Shown: positions 10,064-20,145 of the stretch, piece by piece
Layout: the number at the start of each line of letters is the position of its first letter
Position numbering within the stretch: the stretch's first letter is position 1
From: Daejeonella sp.
GTDB taxonomy: Bacteria > Bacteroidota > Bacteroidia > Sphingobacteriales > Sphingobacteriaceae
Length of the DNA: 64,000 nucleotides
Direction: 5' to 3'
Assembly: GCF_030684675.1 (NCBI RefSeq)
Contig: NZ_JAUXXZ010000066.1
Span: 18,728-82,727, forward strand
The notes under the pieces: generated by a model
The model's input: the letters and a program-made list of their open reading frames with translations, nothing else
Databases searched by the model: none
What the model was told of the DNA's origin: nothing
Program-made: the position numbers and the translations under genes

Positions 10064-11242
10064 TTAAGGCATAACGACAACCTCCTTCCCATCTAGTCTA
10101 AAGTGAATATTACTTTTCTGAAGTATTTCCAACACCTCCAAAAGGGTCAGATTTGTTGCTATGGCACCTTCAAAATGTTGTTCCGGTAACACCCCTTCAT
10201 ATCTGGCAGTTATCCCGTACCACCTGCCCAACTGACGCATAACTGTTTCGATACGGGCATTTTCAAAATAGAAATAACCATCTTTCCAGGCCACTTCAGC
10301 CTGAGTGTCCTTTCTTTGTATTCTGATATCCCTGTCAACCTTTGATTGCTCACCTGGTTTAAGTATTTGAGATTTTTTTGTATTTAATTCTATCACCCGA
10401 ACAGCTCCTTCAATCAGCGTAGTAGTAATAGAGGGCTCATCAGAATAGGCATTGATATTAAAATGAGTACCAAGCACTTCAACTGTCTGATTTCCAGACC
10501 GAACTGAAAATTTTTTATCATCATTCTTGGAGACTTCAAAATAAGCTTCTCCTTTTAGCTCAACCTCGCGTGTATCTCCGGCAAAAAACACCGGAAAACG
10601 CAAAGAAGAGGCAGAGTTCAGCCATACCTTACTGCCATCTGCCAGATTTAACTGAAATTTTCCGCCAACTGGTGTTTGAATGGTATTATACACTGTTTGA
10701 ATTTCTCTTTTCTCAGTTAATGACTGTTCATTAGCTGATTTACTGAGTGTATACTCAATGATACCTTTTGAATTCTTATGGATCTTGATTCCACCCTGAT
10801 TAATCAAAACCCCGTTTTGTGAATCATCCAATACAATCTTCTTTCCATCAGAAAGTGTGAGAATTGCTTTAATCCCTCCTGGCTGAATATCTTCTACTTT
10901 TTGCTTTGCAGCTACTTTTACAGGAACCGGAGCAGTTTGAATCTGATCATTCTTAAAATAGAAATACAATCCACTTGCCAGAAAAATGAGGATAGTGGCC
11001 GCTGCGGCCAGGGAAGAATATCTACGGTAAACAGGTACTTGCCTTTCTGCCAACTCAGGCAAATCAATTTTTGAAAAAATAAATGATTTCAGATTTTCCT
11101 CATCCTCCTGTGGGTCAAAATCCCATTCCGAATCCGTGTTCATTTCAGAGCGATACCACTGAAACAATTTTTCAGTTTCTTCAGCTGAAGCAGAGTTATG
11201 AAGATACTTTTCAACTAATTTTTGAATTTCTTCTCGTTGCAT
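10064..11242 (-). CDS. fecR: FecR-family anti-sigma factor
   Basis: One TM segment, LADGSKVWLNSASSL, LKGEAYFEV and VEVLGTHFN motifs; lies between an ECF sigma and susC. Confidence 0.92.
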   Translation of the reverse strand: MQREEIQKLVEKYLHNSASAEETEKLFQWYRSEMNTDSEWDFDPQEDEENLKSFIFSKIDLPELAERQVPVYRRYSSLAAAATILIFLASGLYFYFKNDQIQTAPVPVKVAAKQKVEDIQPGGIKAILTLSDGKKIVLDDSQNGVLINQGGIKIHKNSKGIIEYTLSKSANEQSLTEKREIQTVYNTIQTPVGGKFQLNLADGSKVWLNSASSLRFPVFFAGDTREVELKGEAYFEVSKNDDKKFSVRSGNQTVEVLGTHFNINAYSDEPSITTTLIEGAVRVIELNTKKSQILKPGEQSKVDRDIRIQRKDTQAEVAWKDGYFYFENARIETVMRQLGRWYGITARYEGVLPEQHFEGAIATNLTLLEVLEILQKSNIHFRLDGKEVVVMP

Positions 11243-11339
11243 AGATCACCGTTTTAGGCTTATATACTATATAGTGCCATAAGTCGACAAGCACCCTTGC
11301 AAAAAATGAAAAAAGATTTAACAGAAAATTTACATGAAC

Positions 11340-11897
11340 TTAAAAGAGGAACAAATTCATTGCATTCTTGAGATTCAGACGAATGATCTTCAAGCCTTTT
11401 GTGAGATAGCCTTCTACAGTTTTCTTGGAAATACCAAGCTCCATTGAGATTTCAGTTGTAGATAGGCCATAATTACGACTGTAGTTAAATACCATTCTGC
11501 AGTTCTCAGGCAGGTCTTCAACCACTTTATTAATATACTCCTGAATAAACCGGGTATCAATTTGCTCCTCAGTGAGAGTAGACAATTCATCCGCAACGTT
11601 ATGAGATTCTATCTCCAGTCTTCTTTTCTGTTTATAAATTAGTTTGAATACAGAAAATCTGACGGCGGAACCAAGATAGGTATTAAGGTATTCAATATTC
11701 AGTTCGGCTTGTCTGGCCCATAATTTGGCAAATATTTCCTGAACAATATCCTGTGATACAGATTTATCCTTACTAAAAGTGTAGGCTATTGCCAGCATCT
11801 GTTTCCAGTATCTATTATAGATTTCTGTAAACGCTCCCTGGCTGCCTTCTTTTAAATACTCAAGTAATTCTTTATCAGATGAGGACTTATAGTTCAA
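11340..11897 (-). CDS. ECF sigma-70 factor (Bacteroides expansion type)
   Basis: Region 2 (AFTEIYNRYW..DIVQEIFAKLW) and region 4 (LPENCRMVF..EISMELGISKKTVE). Confidence 0.92.
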   Translation of the reverse strand: MNYKSSSDKELLEYLKEGSQGAFTEIYNRYWKQMLAIAYTFSKDKSVSQDIVQEIFAKLWARQAELNIEYLNTYLGSAVRFSVFKLIYKQKRRLEIESHNVADELSTLTEEQIDTRFIQEYINKVVEDLPENCRMVFNYSRNYGLSTTEISMELGISKKTVEGYLTKGLKIIRLNLKNAMNLFLF

Positions 11898-11951
11898 GAT
11901 ACCTTCAATTATACAAGTCCAATATAGGAATATTCAATTACAAAATACTCC

Positions 11952-11990
11952 AAAAAAAAATCATGATTTTATTTGAAATCATGGTTTTTT
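11952..11990. terminator. Probable bidirectional terminator between the SelA-like gene 12037 and ECF1
   Basis: AAAAAATCATGATTT / AAATCATGGTTTTTT inverted repeat with A/T tracts on both sides. Confidence 0.6.
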
Positions 11991-12036
11991 ATCGATAAAC
12001 CTCAAAAAACCGGGCAATTATGCCTCAAAAAACAAG

Positions 12037-13701
12037 CTAAATCAAAAAATTACCTCCCTGTGGTCTTCCTTTTGGATAAATTACAGGCTTTTTGACAATT
12101 TCAGATTTAGTTCTTTTGGCGCTAAACTTTGCCGAAAGAAATTCATGCATATCTATTTCTCCGAAAACCGATTCAGCACTGACTATACCTTTAAATGTGG
12201 TTTGAATCCTATCACCCGGTATCACCCAGGTACTTTGCATTTTAATCTCATTCCCTTCAATTGTCCCATTTATTTCACGCTCCGAAAAATCAGATATGTG
12301 AACTCCTGAAAAATAATTTCCGTCCTGCCGGTCAATAAACAGATGTTGCTTATCAAGACTATTATAAAACTGCACTTCCAGATTCCAGCGTCCCAGCATA
12401 TTTACGGATGGAGCCTTCATTGCCACAATGGGTTTCGGACTTCTTTTCCTTGCAATAACCTCCCTAATACGGGATGCGGCGATCTTATCATCTCCGGGAA
12501 CCATCATATATCCTACCAAACTGATTCCGGTCAGACCAGGTTCATCTCTATAGATGGCAACCCCAACTCGTGGAAAGGTATTTCCCAATTCTTCAGAAAC
12601 CTCCTGACCAGTTACATGAAGTTCATCCGGATTCCAGGTTATAAATAAATAAGGTGTTACATGATGTATCAATTTCGGGTCGGGCATTCTGATACGATAA
12701 CTAACCCCCTTCACTGTTGCAGCCTGCTTTCCAATATTTTCGAGCCAGTTTACCCAGTTTTGCATCTCCTTTTTATGATCCATCCCTACCCAGGTTTCTA
12801 CTGCTGCAAGCATGCCGATATGTTCTTCGCGGGCCACTTTGTTATCACGACCAGGACCATGATGTGGGGCTGCAGCCTGCCATGTAGACATCAACAGATC
12901 CTTTCTTCCTAATAAAAGTCCGCAACTGCCGGGAGCCTTAAGGCCCTTTCCACCACTAAAAGCAACCACGTCAGCTCCTCTCGATAAATGATCATTCGGA
13001 AATGTAAGAATGTGCGCAGCAGCATCAACAAAAACCGGAACATTTAAAGGTTTAGCGATTTTTGAAATAATCTCAAGTGGCAAAAAAGATTCCTTTTCAG
13101 CATCTATATAAATCATGGCTGTTTTCGGACCAATTTTCTTCCTTAGATCTTCTTCATTCTCAACAGTAATAATTGTAGCTCCTGTACTTCTTATAGCCTG
13201 ATCATAAACTGTGCGTGAAGCTTTTGGAATGATAACCTCTGTTTTTTCGAATCCCCTCAAATCAGGCATTCGGACTAGTTTTTCGGGATTACCGCCTGAT
13301 AAACATGCGAAAGTACAAAGCTTAATTCCGGCCGCTGCACCAGAAGTTACCAGCCCCCACTCTGCTCCCGTCAACTCTGCAAGGCGCTTACCTACTCCCT
13401 CTACCAATTCATCCATCTGCACATTCAGGGTAGAAACAGCCTCCATAGCCAATCTCACTTCTGGTCTTGCCACCGAACCACCCATGATTGTATTTGTACC
13501 TTTGCAATTGATAAAAGGTTCAACCCCAATAGACTTTAAAATTTTGTGTCCTCTTTCGGCAAGTTCAGCATCCGGAGTTTTCGAAACTCCGGATAAAAAA
13601 GCAAATCCATTTTTACTCTGAGATGCTTCACTCTCCAACACTGATGCGTTTGAAGCAAAAGGGAGCAGGGTCAGGCCCTTAATTATATCTCTGCGTTTCA
13701 T
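12037..13701 (-). CDS. SelA/DgaE-like PLP enzyme, long form with extra C-terminal beta-rich domain, Tat signal
   Basis: MKRRDIIK; INCKGTNT.MGGS, VDAAA and SGGKGLKAP motifs; about 130-aa C-terminal extension. Confidence 0.85.
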   Translation of the reverse strand: MKRRDIIKGLTLLPFASNASVLESEASQSKNGFAFLSGVSKTPDAELAERGHKILKSIGVEPFINCKGTNTIMGGSVARPEVRLAMEAVSTLNVQMDELVEGVGKRLAELTGAEWGLVTSGAAAGIKLCTFACLSGGNPEKLVRMPDLRGFEKTEVIIPKASRTVYDQAIRSTGATIITVENEEDLRKKIGPKTAMIYIDAEKESFLPLEIISKIAKPLNVPVFVDAAAHILTFPNDHLSRGADVVAFSGGKGLKAPGSCGLLLGRKDLLMSTWQAAAPHHGPGRDNKVAREEHIGMLAAVETWVGMDHKKEMQNWVNWLENIGKQAATVKGVSYRIRMPDPKLIHHVTPYLFITWNPDELHVTGQEVSEELGNTFPRVGVAIYRDEPGLTGISLVGYMMVPGDDKIAASRIREVIARKRSPKPIVAMKAPSVNMLGRWNLEVQFYNSLDKQHLFIDRQDGNYFSGVHISDFSEREINGTIEGNEIKMQSTWVIPGDRIQTTFKGIVSAESVFGEIDMHEFLSAKFSAKRTKSEIVKKPVIYPKGRPQGGNFLI

Positions 13702-13756
13702 AAATTAAGAATTTTGTCTAAATATTTTTTAGGCTAATGAGCATTTAATTATAAAT

Positions 13757-15031
13757 CTATTTTGATTCTATTTTTGTGGCACCGCGTCCATTTAAATCCC
13801 ATACAATTTTTCCTGCCCGGATGGTAAGCTCTGTTTCCAGTTTTTGACTGCCTTTCAAAACGAAACCATGTGAATCAATAAATCCAAAATCCCCATTTTT
13901 AACATTTAAAACAGCAATATCTGCCTCTGCACCAGGGCTTAAATGCCCAAGTTCAGGCCTTTGAATATATTGTGCAGGATTCCAGGTGGACTTTAAAATA
14001 ACATCGTTTAGAGACATCCCCATATTCAGGAATTTTGACATGATGTTATTCATATCTTTCATTCCTGCATTCATATTTCCAATATGAAGATCGGAACTGA
14101 TTGAATTAGGATACAGTCCCTGTTTAAGTGAGGGCATTGCCTGAGAGAATACGAAACCGTTACCACCGTGACCAACATCAAATATAATTCCTCTGTTTTG
14201 TGCATTGAAAATGTATTGTTTAACCCTTCCATTTTGATCAACCAGAGCTTCCTTATAAAATGGTGCTGTTGGCGACCGCGTACCTGCATGGTACATATGG
14301 GTTAAAATATCCCCCGGCCTCAGGTGTTTCATCAAAAGTCGCTCAAAGGAGTTTGATGGAGGCATTCCTCTCCAATCGATCATTACAGGTCTTTTTGAAA
14401 GCTTGCCGGCCATCACCGCACTATCGACCGGAATTGACTGCAGTCCATTGTAATGAGCTACCTTGAAACCCACAATATCATCCTTATAATATTCGGCAAA
14501 ACGGGCAGCCATTACCGGGCTCATGTCTGTTGAATCCTGTTCATTGGCACCCATCCCATCACCCACTATATTTAAAAAGGCTAGAACCCGGGTTTTAGAC
14601 TGATCTATAATATTCTTTTTGAACAGGGGGAATGACCTCCATCCTGAACTTCCTGCATCTACAACCGTAGTAACACCTGCCCTTAAAGTAAAGCCATCCG
14701 GAGGAAGCGAGTTCGGCCCATCCATATAATGCTGCTCCTTATTGGTTCCGGCAAATACATGAACATGAATATCAATAAGTCCCGGAGTAACGTATAAACC
14801 TTTAACATCTATTACTTTTTTGGCAGACGAGGCAGGAATATCCGCTGCAACACGAACTACTTTGCCCTGATTAATGGCAAGATCCATTTTCTCATTGATC
14901 TTGTTCTTCGGATCAATCAGATGACCACCTTTAAGTAAAATATCATAAGTCTGGGCATGTAATATTGCACTCATGCTCAGTAAAATTCCTGTCAGGAAAG
15001 GAAGGAAAATGCGAAAAATTTTGAGATTCAT
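13757..15031 (-). CDS. Amidohydrolase/deacetylase-family metallohydrolase (COG3964-like), Sec signal
   Basis: PGLIDIHVH, KVAH, RPGDILTH, FDVGHG and ISSDLH motifs; signal peptide ending LHA-Q. Confidence 0.88.
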   Translation of the reverse strand: MNLKIFRIFLPFLTGILLSMSAILHAQTYDILLKGGHLIDPKNKINEKMDLAINQGKVVRVAADIPASSAKKVIDVKGLYVTPGLIDIHVHVFAGTNKEQHYMDGPNSLPPDGFTLRAGVTTVVDAGSSGWRSFPLFKKNIIDQSKTRVLAFLNIVGDGMGANEQDSTDMSPVMAARFAEYYKDDIVGFKVAHYNGLQSIPVDSAVMAGKLSKRPVMIDWRGMPPSNSFERLLMKHLRPGDILTHMYHAGTRSPTAPFYKEALVDQNGRVKQYIFNAQNRGIIFDVGHGGNGFVFSQAMPSLKQGLYPNSISSDLHIGNMNAGMKDMNNIMSKFLNMGMSLNDVILKSTWNPAQYIQRPELGHLSPGAEADIAVLNVKNGDFGFIDSHGFVLKGSQKLETELTIRAGKIVWDLNGRGATKIESK

Positions 15032-15176
15032 AGATTGATTTTGAGATTAATAAGGTAATTATTTTACATTTTAATATTTAGCAAGATTTGTAACGAATCA
15101 GGTACTGTTAAAATTAGCTTCAATTTTTAATTAATAGAGTGGACTCCTGATCGAATCACAAATTCGAAAAATCAAT

Positions 15177-15226
15177 ATATAGATAAAATTGATAACAAAA
15201 TAATATAATATAGATATGATTGATAA
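15177..15226. repeat. Imperfect 19-bp direct repeat with 31-bp periodicity in an intergenic region
   Basis: ATATAGATAAAATTGATAA (15177-15195) versus ATATAGATATGATTGATAA (15208-15226), two mismatches. Confidence 0.55.
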
Positions 15227-15330
15227 TAAGATTCCTATCCGAAAAAGATACTCAATGCCGATTATAAATAACTAAAAGAAGGGCATGATTATCAGGCCCC
15301 GGCTCACAAAACCATACCCTGATACATCTT

Positions 15331-15804
15331 TTAGATATAGGCAATTGCATCTATTTCAACTATCGTATCTCCAGGAATACCGCCTTTTGCAACAGCAACT
15401 GTAGTACGGGCAGGCGGCTTACTTCCGAAACGGCCTTTATATACTTCATTCATACCCTGGTAATCTGCAAAATCATTCAGATAAACATTTACTTTTAAAA
15501 CCTTTTCCATAGAAGAACCTGCTTTAATAAGCTCATCCTCAATTCGTTTTAATACAATCTCCGTATGATTTTTGATCTCAAATGGCGCAGTGTGTGCTCC
15601 CTTTCCGGAAACATAAACCATGTTACCATGTTTGGTATAACTCGAAAATAATGGCACGTCCTGAAACTCTGTAATCTTTCCAACTTCCTTTTCAGGAGAA
15701 GAGATTGGTGCATTCGCATTTGCAGCCATACCAAATCCAGCAACACCTACAATAGAGGCAAATAATTTCTTTAATACTGATCTTCTTTCTGTTTTCATTT
15801 TCAT
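15331..15804 (-). CDS. ridA: RidA/YjgF-family enamine/imine deaminase with Tat-like signal
   Basis: VYVSG, KVLKVNVYL, PARTTV (catalytic Arg) and VEIDAIA motifs; N-terminus TERRSVLKK plus hydrophobic stretch and ANA. Confidence 0.85.
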   Translation of the reverse strand: MKMKTERRSVLKKLFASIVGVAGFGMAANANAPISSPEKEVGKITEFQDVPLFSSYTKHGNMVYVSGKGAHTAPFEIKNHTEIVLKRIEDELIKAGSSMEKVLKVNVYLNDFADYQGMNEVYKGRFGSKPPARTTVAVAKGGIPGDTIVEIDAIAYI

Positions 15805-16031
15805 TTTTATTTTGAATAGTTAATAATTATTTCCAGAATTTTTCCTTTACATAATCAAACTCTCTAGAAATGTTGAATAAACTAATATAAAGTTTTCTTC
15901 AGGTTATCAATCACTGAGAAATCAGAACCAACTGATTATCAAAAATTTACTCAATAAAAATGCCCTGATCTTTTAGCCTAAGCCCTTGTATTATTGGCCA
16001 AATAATTCTCCTTAAAATGCACTGTCAAATA

Positions 16032-17687
16032 TTAACTTGACTGTGGCCGGTGTTTTGGATAATTAATGGGCTTTTTATTCTGAGAGTATTTGTGCTTTTT
16101 AGCTGTGAATTTGGCAGTATTAAACTCATCAAAATCCATCTCGCCTGCTAAAACACCAGAATTAATACTTCCCTGCATTGTGGTCAGAATTCTGTCTCCC
16201 GGCACATTATAATTACACAAGATTTTTACCTCATTTCCATCAATGCTCCCGGAGAAAGGGCGACTTGAAAAATCTGATTTAAAAATACCGGTAATCCAGT
16301 TTCCATCCTGATTATCTATGAATAAATGCTGGGTTACTTTGCTACTGTAGTATTCAACTTCCATATCCCATTGCCCAACCATATTCATCACCGGATTTTT
16401 CATTGCGGGTATAACTTTAGGCTGCCTTTTCCTCGATAAAACTTCATGGATACGATTTGCTGCCACTTTATCATTTCCCTCAATCATCATATACCCCACC
16501 AGGGTAATACCCGTAAGTCCGGCTTCATCTTTGCCAACCTGAACTGCAATTCGAGGAGCAATTGTTCCAAGTTCTTCAGCAACATCCTCACCGGTGACAT
16601 GCAGTTGTTCAGGATTCCACCTGATGTGGAGGTATGGAGTAACATGGTGAATCAATTCCGGATCAGGCCTGGTAATCGTTGTTTTAATCCCATTGATAGT
16701 TGACACCTTTTTGTTGATTGTTTCAAGCCAGGATACCCAGGTGTTCATTTCTTTCAAGTGGTCAAGCTTAACCCATGCTTCAACTGCTGCCAGCATTCCT
16801 ATATGCTCTTCCCGTCCAACCTTATTGTCTCTCCCAAAACCATGGTGCGGTGAATTTACCTGATGGGCAGACATCAGGAGATCTTTCCTGCCTAAAATCA
16901 ATCCCGAACAACTTGGTGCTTTTATTCCTTTTCCACCACTGTAACCTACTACATCAGCTCCCTGAGCTAAATGAACATCCGGAATGGTAAGAATATGAGC
17001 AGCAGCATCAACAAAGACAGGAATATTTAAAGGCTTTGCAATTTTTGAAACACTTGAGATTGTAAATTCATCTTCCGAAGGCGTCATATAAATCATTGCC
17101 GTCCGGGAATTAATACTTCTTTTTAATTCATCAAGACTTTCAACGGTGATTACTTTTACACCGGCATTTCTGACCGCATGATCATAAACATTTCGGCAAG
17201 ATAGCGGAATGATTACCTCAGATTTTGCAAATCCGGTCAGATCCGGAATTCTCAACAATTTCTCCGGATCCCCACCTGTCAGACAGGCCGCAGTAACCAT
17301 CTTGATACCGGCTGCGCAACCTGCTGTAACAATACCCCATTCAGCTCCTGTCAGTTCTGCTAACCTTTTCCCAATCCCAAAAGCCAGTTCATCCATCTGA
17401 ACATTCAGGGTAGAAACAGACTCCATCGCTAATCTGACTTCTTTCCTCTCGATAGAACCACCCATAATTGTATTAGTACCCTTACAATTCACAAAAGGCT
17501 CAACACCGATAGATTTTAGTAAACTTTCACCCTTTTTTACAAGTTCTTCATCAATTACTCTTGAAACTTCCTCTAAATGATCCTGGATTCCATTAATATT
17601 GAAAGAACTCTCGTTCATTGGTGCAGCAACAGCACTCCCGGCAAAAGGCAATAAGGTCAAGCCCTTAATTATTTCTCTTCGTTTCAT
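16032..17687 (-). CDS. SelA/DgaE-like PLP enzyme, long form, Tat signal
   Basis: MKRREIIK; SGGKGIKAP; closely similar to 12037..13701. Confidence 0.85.
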   Translation of the reverse strand: MKRREIIKGLTLLPFAGSAVAAPMNESSFNINGIQDHLEEVSRVIDEELVKKGESLLKSIGVEPFVNCKGTNTIMGGSIERKEVRLAMESVSTLNVQMDELAFGIGKRLAELTGAEWGIVTAGCAAGIKMVTAACLTGGDPEKLLRIPDLTGFAKSEVIIPLSCRNVYDHAVRNAGVKVITVESLDELKRSINSRTAMIYMTPSEDEFTISSVSKIAKPLNIPVFVDAAAHILTIPDVHLAQGADVVGYSGGKGIKAPSCSGLILGRKDLLMSAHQVNSPHHGFGRDNKVGREEHIGMLAAVEAWVKLDHLKEMNTWVSWLETINKKVSTINGIKTTITRPDPELIHHVTPYLHIRWNPEQLHVTGEDVAEELGTIAPRIAVQVGKDEAGLTGITLVGYMMIEGNDKVAANRIHEVLSRKRQPKVIPAMKNPVMNMVGQWDMEVEYYSSKVTQHLFIDNQDGNWITGIFKSDFSSRPFSGSIDGNEVKILCNYNVPGDRILTTMQGSINSGVLAGEMDFDEFNTAKFTAKKHKYSQNKKPINYPKHRPQSS

Positions 17688-17868
17688 CAGTTTATTTTTA
17701 TGGTTTTTATACTGTGCGGGATGGAAATTTTTATGATTAAAATTAACAGTCGCTAAGAATTTTTATGTTTATTTTAATTATACCAGATTAATTTAAGAAT
17801 CAATAATATATGTACTAAAAAAATCCTTCCAATTTTAGGTCATCTTATTTAATGTTTTTTATATTGTA

Positions 17869-19110
17869 TTACCACCTGAATTGATTTCCTTCACGAAAGA
17901 AATTATTCAGTGGCGTTGCAATCCCATTCAAATCATAGACGATCCTGCCTCCCTTGATGGTCATTTCGCATTCAAACTTTTTATTGCCTGTCATTTTAAA
18001 ACCTGCAGTCTCATAAAAACCAAACTTCCCTTCCCGCAGACTGAATACCACCAGATCAGCAATTGCTCCGGGTGAAAGATGCCCAAGTTCTTCCCGTTTA
18101 ATTGCTTTTGCCGGACTCCAGGTGCTTGCTTTTATTATCTCCTTCAAACTCATTCCCATGGCCAGAAATTTAGACATTACATTCATCATATCCTTCATGA
18201 ATGCATTAGTACTTCCGGCAGATAGATCAGTACTGATTGTGTTTGGCAAAAAACCGGCTTTCATTGCAGGGATGGCATTTGAATACCTGAATGCAGAACC
18301 ATGACCAACATCGAAAATTACACCCCGTTTCTGGGCTTCCGGGAAGGCTGGTTTGATTAAAGAGCTTTGCTGGTCAACAATCATATCCCGGGCATTGATA
18401 TCTTCAATGATGGTATAGGTATGCGTGTAGATATCACCTGGCCTCATGTGTTTGGTAAATAAGTCTCTAAGTGATGGATATGGATGATTACGACCACCAT
18501 CCAGCATGATTGGCATATTGGCAATATTGCCAGCCTCAACTCCACGGTCTACCGCTGTCCAGTCGGGTCCAACGAAATCAACTTTAAAACCGACGATGTC
18601 TTTATTAGCTAAAGCAAGTTTAGCCGACTCGGAAGCAATTTTATCCCCTGTACTCTTTTCGTTTGCACCACCTTTATAATCTCCTCCCCTAATATTCAAA
18701 AAAGCCAGAACCCGGGTAGTTGATTTATCAATAATCTGCTTTTTGAAATTAGCAAAGGATTCATAATCAGAATCTCCGGCATCGACAATGGTTGTAACCC
18801 CAACCCTGAAAGTATAACCATCAGGAAGGGTAGAGCCCAGACGTGAATGAATATCAATTAAGCCTGGTGCAACGTACATTCCTGCAGCATCTACCACCTG
18901 AGTGGCCTGATCAGCATTAATATTTTTTGCAATTAATGCTATTCTGCCATCATTGAGGGCAACATCCAGTACTTCATCAATATTATTTTTGGGATCAATT
19001 ACATGCCCGCCCTTGATAATTATCCCATAGACCTTACTGATTTGCTGTGCGGATAATGAAAGACTGCATAGCCAAAGGGCCAGAACAAATAAGTGCTTTA
19101 GTTTAAACAT
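17869..19110 (-). CDS. Amidohydrolase-family protein (COG3964-like) with degenerate HxH motif, Sec signal
   Basis: Same scaffold as its paralogues but PGLIDIHSR replaces HxH and KVDF replaces KVAH. Confidence 0.8.
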   Translation of the reverse strand: MFKLKHLFVLALWLCSLSLSAQQISKVYGIIIKGGHVIDPKNNIDEVLDVALNDGRIALIAKNINADQATQVVDAAGMYVAPGLIDIHSRLGSTLPDGYTFRVGVTTIVDAGDSDYESFANFKKQIIDKSTTRVLAFLNIRGGDYKGGANEKSTGDKIASESAKLALANKDIVGFKVDFVGPDWTAVDRGVEAGNIANMPIMLDGGRNHPYPSLRDLFTKHMRPGDIYTHTYTIIEDINARDMIVDQQSSLIKPAFPEAQKRGVIFDVGHGSAFRYSNAIPAMKAGFLPNTISTDLSAGSTNAFMKDMMNVMSKFLAMGMSLKEIIKASTWSPAKAIKREELGHLSPGAIADLVVFSLREGKFGFYETAGFKMTGNKKFECEMTIKGGRIVYDLNGIATPLNNFFREGNQFRW

Positions 19111-19119
19111 TGCGCAAAA

Positions 19120-20145
19120 TTATCTTTTAAGTGGGACTGCATTTTTTGTGATATAATCATCCTGATTTGAATGGAGCGGGCCAATGTAATGGAATCGTTC
19201 TGCCCATTCCAGACCATATTTTTCACCAATTTTCTTGTCAGAGGGGGCAAATCTCAATCTGGGGGATTCAATATCCAGAACGAAATGCTTGATATAATTA
19301 AAATCAGCAGTCCTGTCATCATCCCCAAGAATAGGAAGGCTTTTACCCTCAGCGGCCAGTTTCTTCCTGAGTATTGATCCGTTATTACCTGCAGGGCCCT
19401 GAGTGACATTAACCATGTTAGATTCGACTTTTTTATCTATGTACTTTGAGATATCTACAATTCTATTGACATATTGCGGACCTCTTCTGGTAAAGAAATA
19501 TCTTTCAGCAACGCTATGTGGCTTAACAAGATCCAAGTGTTCAGGATAATCGAGATGACTGGCTGCCGGAGTAATGGCTGCTTCAACTGCACGACCAGTG
19601 ATATAATGATCAGGATTATTTTCATAAGGCGCCCAGGGGTCATAACATATAACCGTATCAATCTTCAGCATTCGGATTAAAAAGATCATTCTGGCTTTGA
19701 TTTCCTGAATGTTATTCTCATCCATATTATGATTCCTGTAATTCAGGTGATAGGTTTTTTTTAAGCCCAGAACCCTTGCAACCGCCTCAGTATCAGCTTC
19801 ATTATTGGCTACTACTTCACCATAATTTTTTCCGCTTCCGGCGGCATCGTCATTAGTGGTTCTGATCAGGTAACCGGTATAACCTTCATCAATTAATTTG
19901 GCTACAGTTCCCCCTGCAAAAATTGGAATGTCATCGCAGTGCGGCTGAATTACTGCTAAAACTTTCCCCTGATGGGGCTTGCCACTGACCGGCCGCTCAA
20001 TGATCACCTCATCAAAAACCGTTTCATTATCATTTTTATCAATTGGCACTGCTTCTTTGTTGTTAATAGCTGCAACAGTAGCTCCCGGAACCAATAAGGC
20101 ACCGCTGGTAGCCAGTGTTTTCTCTAAGAAATTTCTTCTCTTCAT
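19120..20145 (-). CDS. PIG-L/LmbE-family deacetylase, Tat signal
   Basis: QPHCDD (HxDD) and NPDH motifs; the likely start MKRRNFLEK is a strong Tat motif (the ORF track starts at 20175). Confidence 0.85.
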   Translation of the reverse strand: MKRRNFLEKTLATSGALLVPGATVAAINNKEAVPIDKNDNETVFDEVIIERPVSGKPHQGKVLAVIQPHCDDIPIFAGGTVAKLIDEGYTGYLIRTTNDDAAGSGKNYGEVVANNEADTEAVARVLGLKKTYHLNYRNHNMDENNIQEIKARMIFLIRMLKIDTVICYDPWAPYENNPDHYITGRAVEAAITPAASHLDYPEHLDLVKPHSVAERYFFTRRGPQYVNRIVDISKYIDKKVESNMVNVTQGPAGNNGSILRKKLAAEGKSLPILGDDDRTADFNYIKHFVLDIESPRLRFAPSDKKIGEKYGLEWAERFHYIGPLHSNQDDYITKNAVPLKR

